From: Candidatus Gottesmanbacteria bacterium GW2011_GWA2_43_14
GTDB lineage: Bacteria; Patescibacteriota; Microgenomatia; 2-02-FULL-39-11
Assembly (NCBI GenBank): GCA_000999095.1
Contig: LCFP01000004.1
Coordinates: 80,930 to 144,929 of the forward strand
Length of the DNA stretch: 64,000 nucleotides
Direction of reading: 5' to 3'
Below are positions 17,376-27,399 of the stretch, one piece after another. Position 1 is the stretch's first letter. Each line of letters opens with the position of its first letter. A program made the translations under genes and the position numbers. Under the pieces are notes generated by a model, which saw only the letters and a list, made by a program, of their open reading frames with translations, searched no databases and was not told the origin of the DNA.

Positions 17376-18445
17376 TTTTAGAACGGATCAGTCTGGAAAA
17401 TTTCCGCAGCCATACAAAAGCCGCTTTCAGCTTCACTCCTGACGTCAATTTGATTTTAGGACAGAACACTTCCGGCAAAACCAATCTGATTGAAGCCATT
17501 AATTATTTGGCCGCAGGCAGAGGATTGCGTCCCGGCCGGGATTCAGAATCCATCAACCATAAGGCTGAGATGGCCAGAATCAAAGGCATAGTGGAGGATG
17601 CTTCTGGTGAAGCCAAATCTCTGGAAGTCATAATTACCCGCGGCAGTGTCATGGAAATTAAAACCCCGATGAAAAAATACATCGTCAATGACGTATCCAG
17701 AAGAAGTACAGATTTTGCCGGCATAATCAAAACGGTGCTTTTCTGGCCGCAGAATATGGACTTGGTTACAGGTTCACCGTCTCTTCGCCGTCGTTATCTG
17801 GACGATGTTTTAACCCAGACTGACCGAGAATATCATAGGACTCTGGTCTCTTATGAGAGGGGACTTAGGCAGAGAAATAAGCTGTTGGAAGCAATTTCGG
17901 AAAACCAGGCGCACCATCACCAGCTGCTTTTTTGGAACCAATTGTTGATAAAACAGGGAAGTTACATTACAGCCCGGCGTGAAGAATTTCTGGAATTTGC
18001 CAACCGCTTTAATTTTCCCGAAGAGATTAATCCCGGAGTGTCTTACATGCTTTTTTATGATAAAAGCATCATTTCCGAAAGCAGGCTGGAACAGTATAGT
18101 GAGGCGGAAGTTGCTGCCAAAGCAACCCTGGTTGGCCCGCACCGAGATGATTTTATTTTTAAGAAGCATGAGGAGAAAGACCGCGAGCTTGTTTCATACG
18201 GTAGCCGCGGAGAGCAACGTCTGGCAATTTTATGGCTGAAACTTACGGAATATGCTTATTTGCAGGAAAAAAGCGGAGGCAGACCTTTGCTATTGCTGGA
18301 TGACATCTTTTCCGAACTGGATCATACACACAGGGAAATAATTTTTCATCTGCTTGGCAAGCAACAGACAATAATGACCATTACCGATAAACACCTGATT
18401 CCGGAAAAGTACTTCCGGCTGGCCAAAGTGATAGAATTGGATTGA
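17372..18445 (+). CDS. recF: DNA replication/repair protein RecF
   Basis: NFRS, GQNTSGKTN, RRRYLD, GPHRDD, SRGEQR, LLLDDIFSELD. Confidence 0.95.
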   Translation: MILERISLENFRSHTKAAFSFTPDVNLILGQNTSGKTNLIEAINYLAAGRGLRPGRDSESINHKAEMARIKGIVEDASGEAKSLEVIITRGSVMEIKTPMKKYIVNDVSRRSTDFAGIIKTVLFWPQNMDLVTGSPSLRRRYLDDVLTQTDREYHRTLVSYERGLRQRNKLLEAISENQAHHHQLLFWNQLLIKQGSYITARREEFLEFANRFNFPEEINPGVSYMLFYDKSIISESRLEQYSEAEVAAKATLVGPHRDDFIFKKHEEKDRELVSYGSRGEQRLAILWLKLTEYAYLQEKSGGRPLLLLDDIFSELDHTHREIIFHLLGKQQTIMTITDKHLIPEKYFRLAKVIELD

Positions 18446-18449
18446 TTTT

Positions 18450-19337
18450 ATGAATCAGGACATCCAAATTGCATTAAAGAAAATATATCTGCCTGCCGCC
18501 AACTCCCACAAAGGCCAAAACGGCCGTTTGCTGATAATAGGCGGTTCCAAACTGTTCCATGCGGCCTCATTGTGGGCTCTCCAGGTCGCCTCAAGAATAG
18601 TTGATCTGGTTCATTACGCTTCTGTGCCGGAAGACAACCGCTTGGTCGCCAAATTGAAGCAGGAATTCAGAAACGGCATTGTAATACCGAGAAGCGAGAT
18701 AGAAAGTTATATTGAAGAAGACGACTGCATCCTGATCGGGCCGGGAATGGTCAGAAGCGGAATTCCGGCCCAAACGGATAAAAAAATGAATTCCGTTATC
18801 GAAATTGAAAAAATGGAAGATGAAGGATTGCAGACCTATTATTTGACAAAATTCTTATTAAAAAAATATGTCCATAAGAGATGGGTGATAGATGCCGGAG
18901 CTCTGCAGATGATGGATCCGGCCTGGACACCGCCCGGGGCTATATTAACGCCCCATACCAGGGAATTTATGACCGTTTACCGTAAAACAGATCTACCGAT
19001 GCAAAAATCAACCGCAGAAAAAGTCCGCGAGTTTTCCCGGAAATATAACTGTCTGATTCTTCTGAAAGGCGGGAAAGATGAGGTTGCCTTTAATGACAGG
19101 CAAGTAACAATCGAAGGCGGCAGTGCGGGAATGACCAAAGGAGGCACGGGAGACGTATTGGCCGGTCTGGCAGCAGCCTTATACTGCAAAAATGACGCCT
19201 GGACTTCAGCTGTGGCTGCCTCTTACATAAACAAAAAAGCCGGCGAAGCTCTTGCCGGCAAAATGGGCTACTGGTTTAACGCCACCGACCTGGCCAACCA
19301 AATTCCCCAGACAATGATGAGTCTTATTTTGGGGTAA
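18450..19337 (+). CDS. nnrD: ADP/ATP-dependent NAD(P)H-hydrate dehydratase (YjeF C-terminal)
   Basis: SHKGQNGRLLIIGGS, IGPG, VIDAGAL, LTPH..EF, GGTGDVLAG. Confidence 0.9.
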   Translation: MNQDIQIALKKIYLPAANSHKGQNGRLLIIGGSKLFHAASLWALQVASRIVDLVHYASVPEDNRLVAKLKQEFRNGIVIPRSEIESYIEEDDCILIGPGMVRSGIPAQTDKKMNSVIEIEKMEDEGLQTYYLTKFLLKKYVHKRWVIDAGALQMMDPAWTPPGAILTPHTREFMTVYRKTDLPMQKSTAEKVREFSRKYNCLILLKGGKDEVAFNDRQVTIEGGSAGMTKGGTGDVLAGLAAALYCKNDAWTSAVAASYINKKAGEALAGKMGYWFNATDLANQIPQTMMSLILG

Positions 19338-19345
19338 TGGATTTA

Positions 19346-19753
19346 TTACTTTAATTTATCAGTCATTTCTTTGAATGGCTGGAAGTAATTCTTGAAATCT
19401 AAATATACCTCCGGTATTTTTTGAGTCTTACCGAATTGCTGAGCAGCTTTATATTCTTCCGCCACCCAGCCCGTTGAGAAATCAATTTTAAATAATTTAG
19501 AGTCGAAAACTATAAATAATTTTTCCTCATTCCAGAAAAAAGAGTACCAACCGTAATGCATTTCATTCTGAAATTCAGAAATTATGGGTTCAATTTTTTC
19601 TGTTTTATATTCCAGAAGAAAATTGTAATGGAATTTAGCCGTTGAAGACTCAGGTTCGTATTGAACTGTTACTTTTCGATGCTGAAATTTATTTAAGATG
19701 GTAGGGTTTTTTAATGAAGCTGAGTCTATTAAGGAGTAATATATTTTTTTCAT
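19346..19753 (-). CDS. hypothetical protein
   Basis: 135-aa ORF overlapping the upstream gene by 4 nt; GWYSFFW...YKAAQQFG...IPE.YLDF. Confidence 0.75.
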   Translation of the reverse strand: MKKIYYSLIDSASLKNPTILNKFQHRKVTVQYEPESSTAKFHYNFLLEYKTEKIEPIISEFQNEMHYGWYSFFWNEEKLFIVFDSKLFKIDFSTGWVAEEYKAAQQFGKTQKIPEVYLDFKNYFQPFKEMTDKLK

Positions 19754-20121
19754 TTTTCTTTACTAATCCACCATTGTTTAAATAAAGTGCATGAATCGTG
19801 CTGATTTAACTTTATAAGGAAAATTCCATCCAATTCCGCTTTTATACCGGAAGGGATCCGGGTGAATGAAGCCCGCCAATGAGCGGTATATTGTCGATTT
19901 TTTTCTGAAATGATTTCAAAATTAAAGGAAATATTCTTTTGAGAATCGGGAACATCAAGCCACAGTTTAATGAGATTAGTTTTATTGGTAATGGGTTTTT
20001 CGAATGGTGTTTCATAATATTTGAATTTTTCCGCAAACAGAGAAGTAATGACTTCTGGCTTTTTATCAATCCAAGCCTGCCCCATTTTATTTATCCATTC
20101 CCAGCCAGCATCCTTTTTCAT
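19750..20121 (-). CDS. NTF2/SnoaL-like protein
   Basis: W...AW....LFAE...Y.ETPF...W...LDGIF.I......C..F.QWW pattern. Confidence 0.8.
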   Translation of the reverse strand: MKKDAGWEWINKMGQAWIDKKPEVITSLFAEKFKYYETPFEKPITNKTNLIKLWLDVPDSQKNISFNFEIISEKNRQYTAHWRASFTRIPSGIKAELDGIFLIKLNQHDSCTLFKQWWISKEK

Positions 20122-20122
20122 T

Positions 20123-20986
20123 TTATAAAGAGAGTTTTAAAGCACAAATTATCATAACGGCAGCGGCTGTAAAACGAATGGCATAAACTTTAAATGTATG
20201 CTTTTCCAAAAGTTTGGGAGCAAAGTAAGACAGAAGAAAAGCCAAGACCATTGACAGTGGTAGTGCAGTAATGATGCTTGTTATGGTGACATTGTCCTGA
20301 TAAGCACGATTTTCCGTAAATATTCCTATAGCTAACATGATTGACATGGCAAAAACGGATATTATCTGCTTTAAATTCAGTTTACCAATATCTTTTTTAA
20401 AGAAGGGATAAGTTAAAAGCAGCATTATTTGTGAAAGCGCTGCCATCCATAGAGTAACTCCCCAATAGCCGTTTTTACCGATAGACCAGTTAATTGATAT
20501 GCCGTAGAAAGTGTAAGATAAAGTGCATAAAATCCCGACAAAAATAGGCCAGCGAAAAAAAGAGCGTATTGATAATTTTTCGTCCACACTCACAAATAAT
20601 CCGCCGATAAATATCAGTGCAATTAATAAATATTGATATAGCATAAGTATCTCCCCCAGAAAAATTGCGCTAAAAATTGCCACAAAAGCGGTTCTTAAAT
20701 TCATTAGAGGAATAAGAACAGAAATATCCAAGAGAGAAAGACTGAGTATATACAGGATTCCGAATACAGCATTAAAAATAGACACAAGAATTAGACTAGG
20801 CCAATGAGTAGGTAGGGTGGCACCGTTTAGAAAGGCAACGGGAATTGTGATTAGGAGCGAAAATAGCATCCAAAGGAAATTGAATAGCCAGACATTGGGA
20901 ATTGCATATTTATTGGTTAATTTTCCGATGATACTGACAAACCCGAAAGCAAAAGAAGCAATCCAAGCATAGACTGCAAATGTCAT
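20123..20986 (-). CDS. EamA/DMT family transporter
   Basis: ~10 TM helices in two repeats, AIFLGE motif. Confidence 0.82.
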   Translation of the reverse strand: MTFAVYAWIASFAFGFVSIIGKLTNKYAIPNVWLFNFLWMLFSLLITIPVAFLNGATLPTHWPSLILVSIFNAVFGILYILSLSLLDISVLIPLMNLRTAFVAIFSAIFLGEILMLYQYLLIALIFIGGLFVSVDEKLSIRSFFRWPIFVGILCTLSYTFYGISINWSIGKNGYWGVTLWMAALSQIMLLLTYPFFKKDIGKLNLKQIISVFAMSIMLAIGIFTENRAYQDNVTITSIITALPLSMVLAFLLSYFAPKLLEKHTFKVYAIRFTAAAVMIICALKLSL

Positions 20987-21058
20987 GTTGACGAAATAAT
21001 AGCATAGGGATTGTTGTATTGCACAAAGCGGGAATTATGCGATAATTAATTTTGGAAA

Positions 21059-22108
21059 ATGTATATCCCGAAATTTACCATCACCAATAAAATTCTGAGG
21101 AACATCGGCTTGATCGAAGCCGGACGGGAAGTTATTCTCAATGCGCCTCTGGTGCCGGCCTATGAAAAGAAATTCCGGGAGGAGGCAATTGTCAGGACTG
21201 TCCATCACGGTACCCATATCGAAGGCAATGAACTGAATTTAACCGAAGCGGAAAGGGTTCTTAAAGGCCAGCCGGTGGTTGCCCGTGACCGGGATATCCA
21301 GGAAGTCATCAATTACCGCAATGTCTTGAACTATCTTGATTATGTAGGCCAGGGAGAGATATCAAAAGGCAGAATTACCGAAGAGGTGGTTAAAAAAATC
21401 CATACCCTGACGGTGGAAAAATTGATGCAGCCGGAAGCAGGGGGCAGTTTCCGCAAGACCCAGGTAGTCGTCAAAAATTCCAAAACCGGAGAAATTACCT
21501 TCCGTCCTCCACCGGCCATAGAAGTCCCTTACCAAATATCTGATTTTTTGGAATGGCTGAATAAAACCTCCAAGGATGATATGCATCCGGTCCTCAAAGC
21601 CGGCATAACACATTATGAACTGGTGCGGATCCATCCCTTTATCGACGGAAACGGCCGTATGGCCAGGGCTGCTGCTACTCTGGTTCTGTTTTTCGACGAT
21701 TATGACATCAGAAAATTTTTCTCATTGGAAGAATATTACGACCGGGATGCAGCTCATTATTATGATTCATTAAGAAGCGCAGCTCAGGGTGAATTGACCA
21801 CCTGGCTGGAATATTTTACCGAAGGCCTGGCCATTGAGCTTTCCCGCATCAAAGAAAAAGTGCAGAAATTATCGACTGATTTGCAGTTAAAGCAAAAATT
21901 GGGAGGCCAGCAGGTTTTTCTGACGGAAAGGCAAATCTCGATTATGGAATACATCCAAAGAGTGGGATTTCTCAATAACCAGGGATTTGAAGATCTTTTC
22001 CCTAAAATTTCCGAAGACACCATTTTACGGGACCTTAAGGATTTGATGGGGAAGGGGATTATCAAGAAAGAAGGCAAGACCAAAGCTTCAAGATACATGC
22101 TCCGGTAA
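21059..22108 (+). CDS. Fic family protein with C-terminal HTH
   Basis: HPFIDGNGRMAR; N-terminal THIEGN inhibitory-helix motif; C-terminal SEDTILRDLKDL winged-HTH-like segment. Confidence 0.93.
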   Translation: MYIPKFTITNKILRNIGLIEAGREVILNAPLVPAYEKKFREEAIVRTVHHGTHIEGNELNLTEAERVLKGQPVVARDRDIQEVINYRNVLNYLDYVGQGEISKGRITEEVVKKIHTLTVEKLMQPEAGGSFRKTQVVVKNSKTGEITFRPPPAIEVPYQISDFLEWLNKTSKDDMHPVLKAGITHYELVRIHPFIDGNGRMARAAATLVLFFDDYDIRKFFSLEEYYDRDAAHYYDSLRSAAQGELTTWLEYFTEGLAIELSRIKEKVQKLSTDLQLKQKLGGQQVFLTERQISIMEYIQRVGFLNNQGFEDLFPKISEDTILRDLKDLMGKGIIKKEGKTKASRYMLR

Positions 22109-22113
22109 TCACT

Positions 22114-23874
22114 ATGACTTTTAAAAGACTGGCAGAATATTTTCATAAACTGGAAAATACCACACTCCGCAACCAAATGACGGAGATTCTGGCGGAATTG
22201 TTTAAAGAAGCTCCTCAAAATGAGATCGGCAAGATTGTTTACCTTTTACAGGGCCGTGTGGCACCTCTATATGAAGCAGTCGAATTCGGACTGGCTGATA
22301 AGATGATTATCCGGGCGATTGCAGACGGGTTAAAAGTCGACAGTCAAAAAGTGACGCGGGTTTTTAAAGAGAGCGGTGATTTGGGTAAAACAGCCGAAAA
22401 ACTCAAAGCAAATGTTAAAACAAAACACAATTTAAACGTATTACAAGTTTTCGGGACTTTGCATAAAACAGCCTTGGCCGGTGGGGAAGGGTCGCAGGAT
22501 GTAAAGATCAAATTATTAGGAAGCCTGATCAGGGATCTTGATTCTTTGTCAGTCAGATATTTGGTACGGATTCCGGTAGCCAAACTGAGGCTGGGTTTTT
22601 CCGATATGACAATTCTGGATGCTCTGTCATGGATGAAGGCAGGTTCGAAAAAATTAAGGCCGCAATTTGAAAAAGCATATAATGTCCGCCCTGATTTGGG
22701 ATTAATTGCCGAGACCGTCAAGAGACACAAAGAAAATAATTTCAATATCGAGCCCCGTGTAGGTATACCGATTCTCATGGCCAGGGCGGAGAGAATGGGC
22801 AGCGGAGAGGAAATTATAGACAAAATAGGCCGCTGTGCCGTCGAACCGAAATACGACGGTTTTCGTTTGCAAGGGCATAAAATGGGAAACAAAGTGGAGC
22901 TTTTTTCCAGAAATTTGGAAAATGTTACCCATATGTATCCTGATATCGTCCAGGGTATAAAAAAACAGGTTAAAACCAAAGAAGCGATTATTGAAGGAGA
23001 AGCTGTTGCTTATAATCCGCAAACAGGCGAGTATTTGCCTTTCCAGGAGACGGTGCAGCGGAAAAGAAAATATAATATTGAAGCCAAAGCCAAGGAAATT
23101 CCTCTGAAGCTGTTTGCTTTTGAACTTCTGTACCAGACGGGTAAAAATTTAATCATGTCTGAGTATGTTGAACGCCGTAAACAACTGGAAAAAATAGTTG
23201 CCCGGGGTGAGGTGATTTTGATTGCCCAGGAAGAAGTGATTGATACCCCTAAAAGACTGGAAGCAATCTTTCTTGATACAGTCAGCCGGGGACTTGAAGG
23301 CGTCATGGCCAAAAAATTGGACGGCATTTACCGTGCCGGTTCCAGGGATTTCAACTGGATTAAATACAAAAGAAGCTATGCGGGAAAATTGGATGATACG
23401 GTGGATGCTGTTGTTATGGGTTATGATTTCGGCCAGGGAAAACGGACGGCTTTCGGTATCGGTGATTTTCTGATCGGAGTCTTCGACGAAAAACTGGAGA
23501 AGTATGTTTCCATTGCCAAAATCGGAACGGGCCTGACCGATGAGGAATGGAAAGAGATAAAAATCAGGAGCGAAAAGCTGAAGGCCCCGGAAAAACCCAA
23601 AAATTATGAAGTCGACAAAATCATGGGTTGTGATGTCTGGATAACCCCTAAAATAGTCGTCGAAATCCGGGCGGATGAGATAACCCGTTCTCCCGTGCAT
23701 ACTGCAGGCAGAATCATGGGGCCTACTAAAACCGGATCTGCGATTGAAGTCAAAGAAGCAGGGCTGGCTTTACGTTTTCCGCGCCTTGAAAGGTTCCGCG
23801 ATGACAAAAACCCAACCGATGCCACCACACTCGGGGAACTTAAAAAAATGTTGCATCGGCAAATGAAAAAGTAA
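22114..23874 (+). CDS. ATP-dependent DNA ligase (with N-terminal DNA-binding domain)
   Basis: EPKYDGFR, FSRNLE, EGVMAK, WIKYK, LRFPR..R.DK. Confidence 0.95.
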   Translation: MTFKRLAEYFHKLENTTLRNQMTEILAELFKEAPQNEIGKIVYLLQGRVAPLYEAVEFGLADKMIIRAIADGLKVDSQKVTRVFKESGDLGKTAEKLKANVKTKHNLNVLQVFGTLHKTALAGGEGSQDVKIKLLGSLIRDLDSLSVRYLVRIPVAKLRLGFSDMTILDALSWMKAGSKKLRPQFEKAYNVRPDLGLIAETVKRHKENNFNIEPRVGIPILMARAERMGSGEEIIDKIGRCAVEPKYDGFRLQGHKMGNKVELFSRNLENVTHMYPDIVQGIKKQVKTKEAIIEGEAVAYNPQTGEYLPFQETVQRKRKYNIEAKAKEIPLKLFAFELLYQTGKNLIMSEYVERRKQLEKIVARGEVILIAQEEVIDTPKRLEAIFLDTVSRGLEGVMAKKLDGIYRAGSRDFNWIKYKRSYAGKLDDTVDAVVMGYDFGQGKRTAFGIGDFLIGVFDEKLEKYVSIAKIGTGLTDEEWKEIKIRSEKLKAPEKPKNYEVDKIMGCDVWITPKIVVEIRADEITRSPVHTAGRIMGPTKTGSAIEVKEAGLALRFPRLERFRDDKNPTDATTLGELKKMLHRQMKK

Positions 23875-23891
23875 TAAAGTAATCTTAAAGC

Positions 23892-24596
23892 ATGAAAGCG
23901 ACTGTCATCGTTCCTGCATACAACGAAGAAAAATATATCGGGAAGACGTTGGGATCCATAAAATCCCTGGAAAAAGATAATATTGAAATAGAAATAATAG
24001 TTGTTGATGCTTCTTCAACTGACAAAACTGTAGAAATTGCCAAATCATACGGGGCAAAAGTCGTCCCTGAACCGCACAAAGGCATAGGATTCGCCCGCCA
24101 GCAGGGATTGCTGCATGCCAAAGGAGAAGTAGTAGCTTATACCGATGCCGATACGGTAGTCCCGAGAAACTGGTTAAAGAGACATATAAAAGTATTGGAA
24201 CAGCCGGGAGTTGTTTTTACTTATGGAACCTTCCGGGTGACAGACGGCAAATTTCCTTATTTTCACTATATAAATTACATTCAGCCGAGAATCTTGTGGA
24301 TGATGCATTATCTTTTCGGCAAAGAAATCGCCGCCGGCCAAAATTTGGCTTTCTGGAAAGATAAAGCTTTGGCAATCGGGGGTTTCGACGATAAATTGAA
24401 GGTAATGGAGGATATTGATCTGGCAGTACGTATGAAAAAAACAGGCAAAACAGTCTTTATTCCTGATTTAATTGTCCTGTCATCGGGCAGACGGTCTTTG
24501 GAAGGCTGGGCTTTTTTTTCCAGAATGATCGGAACTTTAGTGAGATATTTCTTTTTCGGGGTAAAAAAACTGCAGGTTTTTCCGGATTTCAGGTAG
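23892..24596 (+). CDS. GT2 glycosyltransferase
   Basis: VIVPAYNEE, DAD, GGFD..EDIDL, SSGRR. Confidence 0.92.
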   Translation: MKATVIVPAYNEEKYIGKTLGSIKSLEKDNIEIEIIVVDASSTDKTVEIAKSYGAKVVPEPHKGIGFARQQGLLHAKGEVVAYTDADTVVPRNWLKRHIKVLEQPGVVFTYGTFRVTDGKFPYFHYINYIQPRILWMMHYLFGKEIAAGQNLAFWKDKALAIGGFDDKLKVMEDIDLAVRMKKTGKTVFIPDLIVLSSGRRSLEGWAFFSRMIGTLVRYFFFGVKKLQVFPDFR

Positions 24597-25320
24597 CTGT
24601 GACTGAAACTGGTTTGTCGAACTGATGGCATTTTAGGGTTTTGAAATAGCGAGAAATGTACTGCACCAGATAAAGGTGAACGCCCCGAACGGGATTTTCC
24701 CTCATCCTTCTGGTAGAGCTTGAAACTGCCAGTTCCGGGAGAAAGAGCACTTTTCCCGTTTTTGCCAGATGATAAGACAAATCAAGGTCTTCCAGAACTT
24801 CCGTCTCATCGCCGCACACCCTGGTTTTTTCCCAGGCTGATTTTTTTATCACCATATTGGGACCAAGAAAGCAATCCTGGCCTACATAAGTTTTGAATAA
24901 TATTTTTTCGGCCGTCAGCGAATATATTTTCCCGAAAAAACTCAGAATTCCTCCTGATTTAAAGATAGGGCCGCTGAAGCCGACAGCATCCGGATGGTTT
25001 TTGAATGCCAGATCTATTTTTTCCAGCCAGTCGTCCGGAACTAAAGTATCCGCATCTGTCCTGGCCAGGATGTCCGCTTTGGCTTCCCGGAAGCCTCTCT
25101 CGCGGGCGGCGATAAGACCCTGTTTTTTTTCTTTGACAACCCTGGCTCCGTATTTTTTCGCAATTTGGGCGGTATCATCAGTTGAATTATTGTCGACGAC
25201 AATCACTTCATAGTCACGGAAAGTCTGTTTATTGACTGCTTCCAAACAGGCTGGTAAGAATCCGGCTTCATTAAAAGCAGGTATTACGACCGAAATCCGG
25301 GGATGTTTATGCTGGTTCAT
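24589..25320 (-). CDS. GT2 glycosyltransferase
   Basis: SVVIPAFNE, VDNNSTD, DAD, EDLDL, SSTRR. Confidence 0.92.
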   Translation of the reverse strand: MNQHKHPRISVVIPAFNEAGFLPACLEAVNKQTFRDYEVIVVDNNSTDDTAQIAKKYGARVVKEKKQGLIAARERGFREAKADILARTDADTLVPDDWLEKIDLAFKNHPDAVGFSGPIFKSGGILSFFGKIYSLTAEKILFKTYVGQDCFLGPNMVIKKSAWEKTRVCGDETEVLEDLDLSYHLAKTGKVLFLPELAVSSSTRRMRENPVRGVHLYLVQYISRYFKTLKCHQFDKPVSVTAT

Positions 25321-25333
25321 AAATCAAAAAAGT

Positions 25334-26062
25334 TTATCTGACGGGTTTGGCTTTAATAATTGCCTTCCCGAGAATTTTGGCAGTCAGGTAATTCAGCCAA
25401 TAATTATAGAGAAGCTGGACAAAAAAATAGCGGGAAATGCCGATTTTCAATCTCCGGCTGTGTGTTTGGGGAACAGGTTTGGTTATGTAGTGAATTTTAC
25501 CAGCCTGTTTCAACCTCATTAAAAAGTCAATTTCATCGCCGCCGAAATCAAGCTTGGTATTATAACCGTTAACTTTTAAAAATGCGGATTTTCTGAATGC
25601 CAGGTTAAGCGCAGGGGCATAAACAACTTTTCCGGTAAAAATATAGATTGCTTCAAATAAACTGTAAAATATCCACCAGACGGGTTTCCACCACCAGGGA
25701 CAATTATAAAAATAGATTTTGCCGCTCATGGCTGAGGCGTCTTTGTTTTTATCGAATACCTGAAGGACTGTTTCCAGGTAATTTTCCGGGTAAAAGGTAT
25801 CGGCATCTGCTCCGGCTATGATGTCTCCTTCGGCCAGCCTGGTCCCTTTATCCCTGGATAGGCAGACATTGGCTCCGTCAAAAACAAAGACTTTATCGGT
25901 ATACTTTTTGGCTATTGCCACCGTTTTATCTTTCGAACCGCCATCAGCAATAATGATCTCAAAATCCTTAAAAGTCTGTTTTTTCAGGCTGTCCAAAGCG
26001 ATTTTCAGATATTTTTCTTCCTGGAGGGTGGGGATGACAACCGACAGTCTAGGTTTTTTCAT
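25334..26062 (-). CDS. GT2 glycosyltransferase
   Basis: SVVIPTLQEE, DGGSKD, DAD, HSRR. Confidence 0.92.
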   Translation of the reverse strand: MKKPRLSVVIPTLQEEKYLKIALDSLKKQTFKDFEIIIADGGSKDKTVAIAKKYTDKVFVFDGANVCLSRDKGTRLAEGDIIAGADADTFYPENYLETVLQVFDKNKDASAMSGKIYFYNCPWWWKPVWWIFYSLFEAIYIFTGKVVYAPALNLAFRKSAFLKVNGYNTKLDFGGDEIDFLMRLKQAGKIHYITKPVPQTHSRRLKIGISRYFFVQLLYNYWLNYLTAKILGKAIIKAKPVR

Positions 26063-26148
26063 AGTGAAATTAGCTGTTATCTTATCATGAATTTATTCCG
26101 GCAGACAATTCGCTCATCAAAATAATCTGTGATATCATTTTCCGCAGG

Positions 26149-27396
26149 ATGAAAAAGGTATTGCTCATGCCAGCGGGAATTGGTATAGCCCACGTTGGGC
26201 GACTGATCATGATCGCCAAGGAACTGCAGAAGTTGCAAGTTGAGGTAATTTTCGGAGCGGGAGCTGAAGCTTGCAAAATCCTTAAAGGTGAAAATTTACC
26301 GTATCGGATTATTAAGGAATTTCCGCGGAATGTTTACGAAGAAAAAATTAAAAAAAATAACTTTTTCATTTATAACCGTACAAACTTCACCGACTTTGTT
26401 AAAAGCGAACAGGCTTTGTATAAAAAGGTCAAGCCCGATTTGATTGTTTTTGATACTCGAATTACTGCCAAAGTTTCGGCAACTATAGCCGGAATTCCTC
26501 TAATATCCGTAAATAATGCAGACGCCACCAGTTACTATGATTACCAGAAATGCAGGTTTCCCCTGAATACAACTATCGGCAGATATTTACCGGGTAAGGT
26601 TGTGAGGCTGCTGGAACGGGAATACGGCCAGAAATTCCTGTTAAAAGCCGCCGAAAGGGCGATCCCGGCCATGCTGATTGCGGCCATGGTGAATATCTTT
26701 CCTGCTTTTATCAAATTAAGGTACAAACCATCCAGAGATCCTTTTCAATTTTTCCAGGGTGATATTACTTTGTTGGCTGATATTCCTGAGTTCAGGCCGG
26801 TAAAAAATCTGCCGGAAAATATAAAAATGGTCGGCCCGATATTTTGGGACGGAGTGAATAAACTGCCTGTCTGGAGTAAAGAAATAGAAGAGAGAAACAA
26901 TATTATATATGTGACAGCTTCCGGAACCGGGGACAAACAAATATTTTTGCAGATGCTGGATTTTTTGAAAGAAACTGATTATACGGTTATTGCCACAACA
27001 GGCAATACTTTAAGTCCAAAAGAGGTGACGGTAAGCTACCCTTCCTTATACCTGACTGATTATCTGCCCGGTTCGTACATAATGCCCAGAGCCCAAGCAG
27101 TTATCTTCCCCGGCGGCAACGCTTCCTGCTATCAGGCTTTAAGTTACGGTGTGCCTCAAATTGCCACACCGTTCCATATTGATCAGGAAGATAATGCCAA
27201 TCAGCTGGAACGGTTAGGTACAGGAGTAATTCAAAATCATTTTAAAAATTTTGACCGGAAGCACTTTCTGGAAACTGTAGATAAGGTTATAAGCAACAAA
27301 TCCTATAGGACAAAAGCAGGGGAGTTAAAAAAGATTATCGCCAATTACAACGGTAAAAAAACAGCCGCCCGGCTTATCGCGGATTTTATGAGCTGA
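26149..27396 (+). CDS. GT1/GT28-type (MGT/UGT-like) glycosyltransferase
   Basis: GIAHVGR catalytic-His region, VGPIFW, PGGNAS..ALSYGVPQI..P..IDQEDNA. Confidence 0.85.
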   Translation: MKKVLLMPAGIGIAHVGRLIMIAKELQKLQVEVIFGAGAEACKILKGENLPYRIIKEFPRNVYEEKIKKNNFFIYNRTNFTDFVKSEQALYKKVKPDLIVFDTRITAKVSATIAGIPLISVNNADATSYYDYQKCRFPLNTTIGRYLPGKVVRLLEREYGQKFLLKAAERAIPAMLIAAMVNIFPAFIKLRYKPSRDPFQFFQGDITLLADIPEFRPVKNLPENIKMVGPIFWDGVNKLPVWSKEIEERNNIIYVTASGTGDKQIFLQMLDFLKETDYTVIATTGNTLSPKEVTVSYPSLYLTDYLPGSYIMPRAQAVIFPGGNASCYQALSYGVPQIATPFHIDQEDNANQLERLGTGVIQNHFKNFDRKHFLETVDKVISNKSYRTKAGELKKIIANYNGKKTAARLIADFMS

Positions 27397-27399
27397 ATA

